A stretch of 23,600 nucleotides of DNA, from the NCBI RefSeq assembly GCF_006345805.1, contig NW_021836592.1, positions 1 through 23,600 on the forward strand, read 5' to 3'. Position 1 is the first letter of the stretch; each line of letters starts with the position of its first letter. Below the pieces are notes generated by a model. It saw nothing but the letters and a program-made list of their open reading frames with translations. It did no database searches and was not told where the DNA came from. A program made the translations under genes and the position numbers. This DNA is from Octopus sinensis (Eukaryota). Below are positions 20,407-23,600 of the stretch, in pieces.

Positions 20407-23400
20407 TTTTTATTTTTATAGTATGCTTTCACTTCACTACGGAGCGCAGCTCGTGTGCCTTGGGTAATGTGCTGTGATTTGTTGTGATGCTCTGATGGTT
20501 ATTGTATGGAAAGTGTTCTGCGTAGGATGTGTGCAGTGCCTAGTAGTGCATTTTCTGTATGTTATAGTGTTTGTAAGTCCTCGTGTTTTTGTTATGTATT
20601 TGTCTGAATATTTTTTTTATCATGCCTAATGCACCTACTATGACAGGAATTGTTCTGTTTTTAGATTCCACATTCTGGTTACCTCTATTTCCAGGTCTTT
20701 GTATTTGAAAGTTCTCCATTTCTTTTAGAGACCACGTTGTCATCTCCGGTATGATACATCAATTAGAAAGCATTTTTTTTCTTCATGATCTCTGACAACT
20801 ATATCTGGTCTGTTGGCCTTAATTCTCTATCTGTGTGTATCGGCATATCCCAGAGTATGGTTGCTTTCTCGTTTCTGTGACCTTTTCTGGTGTGTGCCTA
20901 TACCATCTTTTTCTGTTGTTATTCCATAATGTGGGCATAGCTTCCAGGTATGTAGGTTCCAACTCTGTCATGTCTTGAATATATTCCTTCTTAGCCAGGA
21001 CTGGGCAGCCAGAGATAATATGATTATTGTTTCTTGTCCATTCTCCACATATTCTGCAGTTACTTGTTATATTTCCATCTGTATATGGCCTATCACATTC
21101 TATACGTTGTATATATAGCCTTTCTATCAGAGTTTGGGTGATGCATCCTAGATCCTGTCATTATTTTTATTGTTTTCCTATCTATTTTGGTCAGTTCATT
21201 TAGTGTCTAGTTAAGGATATTGTAGCTGTAACTTATAACTGGGACAGCTAAAGTGTATTATCTTGTTTTTAGCAGTGAGCTCTGCTTTTAGTATTGATCT
21301 AACTCGTCTATAGTATTCCTTCTTTATTTTGTCTTGCATTTGTGTGTGTTGTATCATATCTAGTTCATGGATTCCTAAATATTTGTAAATTTGGCTTTGG
21401 TCTAATTCTTTATTTCATTGGTTTATCTAGGTGGTGTTGCTACTCTTAACTAGTTTTTCTCTTTTCAGGGCTACTTTGGCGTATCTTTCTAATCCAAATT
21501 TCATATCTATTTCTTTGGTAAATTCATGAACTGCTTGTAGTTGTGTTTCCAGCTGTTTGTCATTTGCAGCGTATAGTTTTACGTCATCCATATATAAAAG
21601 ATGGCTGAGCGTTTTGCCGTAACATTTATATCCGCATCCAGTTCTATTTAGCATGTCAGATAGAGGTGACAGTGCCAAGCAGAAAAGGAGTGGTGAGAGC
21701 GTGTCTCCCTGGAATATTCCTCTTCTAATGGGGATGTCTTTGTTTTCATGAGTCCCTCTTTTGTTTGGAGCTGTAGCACTGTTTGCCATTTATTCATAGA
21801 GTGCCCTATGTATTTTATAATTGTTGGTGCTACTTTGTTAATGACTAGTGTTTCGAGGATCCATGTGTGGGGGATACTATCAAACGCCTTTCTGTAGTCA
21901 ATTCAGTCCATACTGAGGCCTTTCTTCTTTCTGCGACTGTCTTCAGTTATGGCTTTATTGATCATTATTTGATCTTTGCAGCAATATGAGCCTTTGCGGC
22001 ATCCTTTCTGCTCTTCTGGAAACGGGTTGTTTTCAGGTGCTTGTTCAATCTTTGCGATATTACTGCAGTAAATGCCTTGTACATTGTAGGGAGACAGGTT
22101 ATAGGTCTGTAGTTTTCTGGTTTTGCTGTCTCATTTGATTTGGGAATTAAGATGAGTTTCCCCTTCGTGACTATTCAGGCATTGTCTCTGGCTCTGCTTG
22201 TATGTTGTTAAAGTTTTCAGCCAGTTTTTTGTGCATTCCTGTTAGATATTTCAACCAGAAGTTGGAGATCTTGTCATGCCCAGGTGCCTTCCAGTTGCTT
22301 AGTCTTTGCAGTGCCTGGGTGACCTCTTCAGTTGTTATTGGGGTCCAAAGTTGCTCAGATGCTGAGTTTGATTTTTTAATACTCCTTTTTTTTGGTTGTT
22401 CGTTCGCCGACCATAATTCTCTCCAGAATTCTTCCACTTCTACCGTTGGTGCTGCAGTGATTTCTATTTTATTTCAGCCAAGTTCTTGGTAGAACTTTTG
22501 GGGGCTGGAGTTGAACTTTTTGTTTTGTTCAAAGAAACGTTAGCGTTTCTTGTACCGGCGGATCCTTTGTGATTTGGCAAGGATATCTTGCTTTAGCTTT
22601 TCTTTTATCTCAGGTAAATCTTTTCTGTGATGTTGTATTTACGGAGTAGTATTTTTGTTTCTTTGTGCTCAGTAGCGTTGATTGTCTACTGATTTCATTA
22701 AGAATCGACTATCTTTTCTCATTTTTTGTATTTTGTTTTGGATGTTATTTATCCACAGGGTTTGTTTGGGTGGTGGTACTCTTGTTTGGATGGTTTGAGT
22801 GAGTATCCGGCTTCTTTGTGGCTGCAGTGGCTGCTGCGTATACTAAGTCATTTAGCTCAGTGATATCGCTTTTGTTTCAGTGGCTATTAGTTCCGTGACG
22901 GCTAGGTTTATGCTGTTTAAATTGGTGTTGTTGTTGTTTTGGGTCTATTTTGATTTTTGGGAGGTATTGGTCGTGGTCATTTTTTGAGCTCTGTGGTTTT
23001 CAGTTCTTTGATTATGCTACTTTTTATAGTATCATAAATTCGGCTCCTCTTCGTTGTTTCCAGGTTTTAGATTTGTGTCGCTTTCTTCTCATTTGTAAGT
23101 TTGTTTGTCGTGTTTTGGCTTGCTGTTTGTCGTGTATTATTATGCTTCCTTGCGGTCTGGGTTTGTTGTTTTTTGTTTACATAGTTTTTGTAGGAAATGT
23201 TACGTTTGTCTTCGTGTTTTACTGTTTCAGTGTTTATATCATTGGGCATTGTTGTGTGGCTTCTATCTACATTTTCCTGATGTATTTTTTCTTTTAAATG
23301 TTCTATTTTTATTTCTGATATTTTTTTTGTGTTGAGAATATATCTTGTACGTTAGCTAGTTTATAGGGTTCATTGCTGTATCCAAGTCTATATATTTATG

Positions 23401-23445
23401 TATTTTTCTTCCATATTTTATATGTATGTGTTGGGTTGTGTTTGT
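20403..23445 (-). mobile_element. Nearly full-length decayed Dong/R4-clade LINE (single ORF: N-terminal region, RT, CCHC, REL endonuclease)
   Basis: Minus-strand motifs NWKAPGHDKISNFWLK, YRPITCLPT, IDYRKAFDSIPH, RGIFQGDTLSPLLF, LYMDDVKLY, YKYLG, CRICG..HIISGC, RPDIVVRD..LIDVS..EKLSKYKDL and VIVGALG. Stop at 20499, ~95-nt 3' UTR, then (AAT)n. Many frameshifts. Confidence 0.95.
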
Positions 23446-23526
23446 CTTCTTCTTCTTCTTCTTCTTCTTCTTCTTCTCTTCTTCCTTCTTCTCTTCTTCG
23501 TCTTCTTCTTCTTCTTCTTCTTCTTA

Positions 23527-23566
<40 letters not shown>

Positions 23567-23600
23567 GTTGTTTTTATTATTATATTATTATTATTATTAT
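23446..23600. repeat. (CTT)n followed by (TTA)n microsatellite at the Dong 5' end
   Basis: Direct inspection. Confidence 0.95.

Noticed and set aside
22950-23335. Hydrophobic plus-strand ORFs
   Set aside because: Antisense reading of the A-rich Dong N-terminal region.

Overview
AT-rich eukaryotic DNA made almost entirely of transposon remnants and microsatellites. The repeat types resemble those of a coleoid cephalopod, probably Octopus; this is inferred from recalled repeat families, not tested. No host protein-coding gene is well supported, and most listed ORFs are microsatellite or antisense-TE artefacts; one 43-nt candidate exon is noted. Recognisable elements: (1) three Dong/R4-clade REL-endonuclease LINE pieces associated with (TAA)n arrays, including a decayed, nearly full-length copy at 20403-23445; (2) a CR1-group LINE split by a 521-bp solo LTR with a 4-bp target-site duplication (TSD); (3) a Tx1/L1-clade LINE; (4) two tRNA-derived SINE families; (5) several Penelope-like (PLE) remnants. 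The most unusual feature is a cluster, between about 10.0 and 14.5 kb, of five or more sequence-distinct type I hammerhead ribozyme (HHR) motifs. They lie in short inverted or tandem PLE pseudo-LTR (pLTR)-like units, and one unit is a 224-bp element bounded by perfect 17-bp inverted repeats. Also seen are an exact 32-nt copy of the local Dong endonuclease region 1.9 kb away, flanked by a 7-bp duplication, and a 548-bp non-coding element embedded in TAA repeats. All folds and alignments were done by eye.
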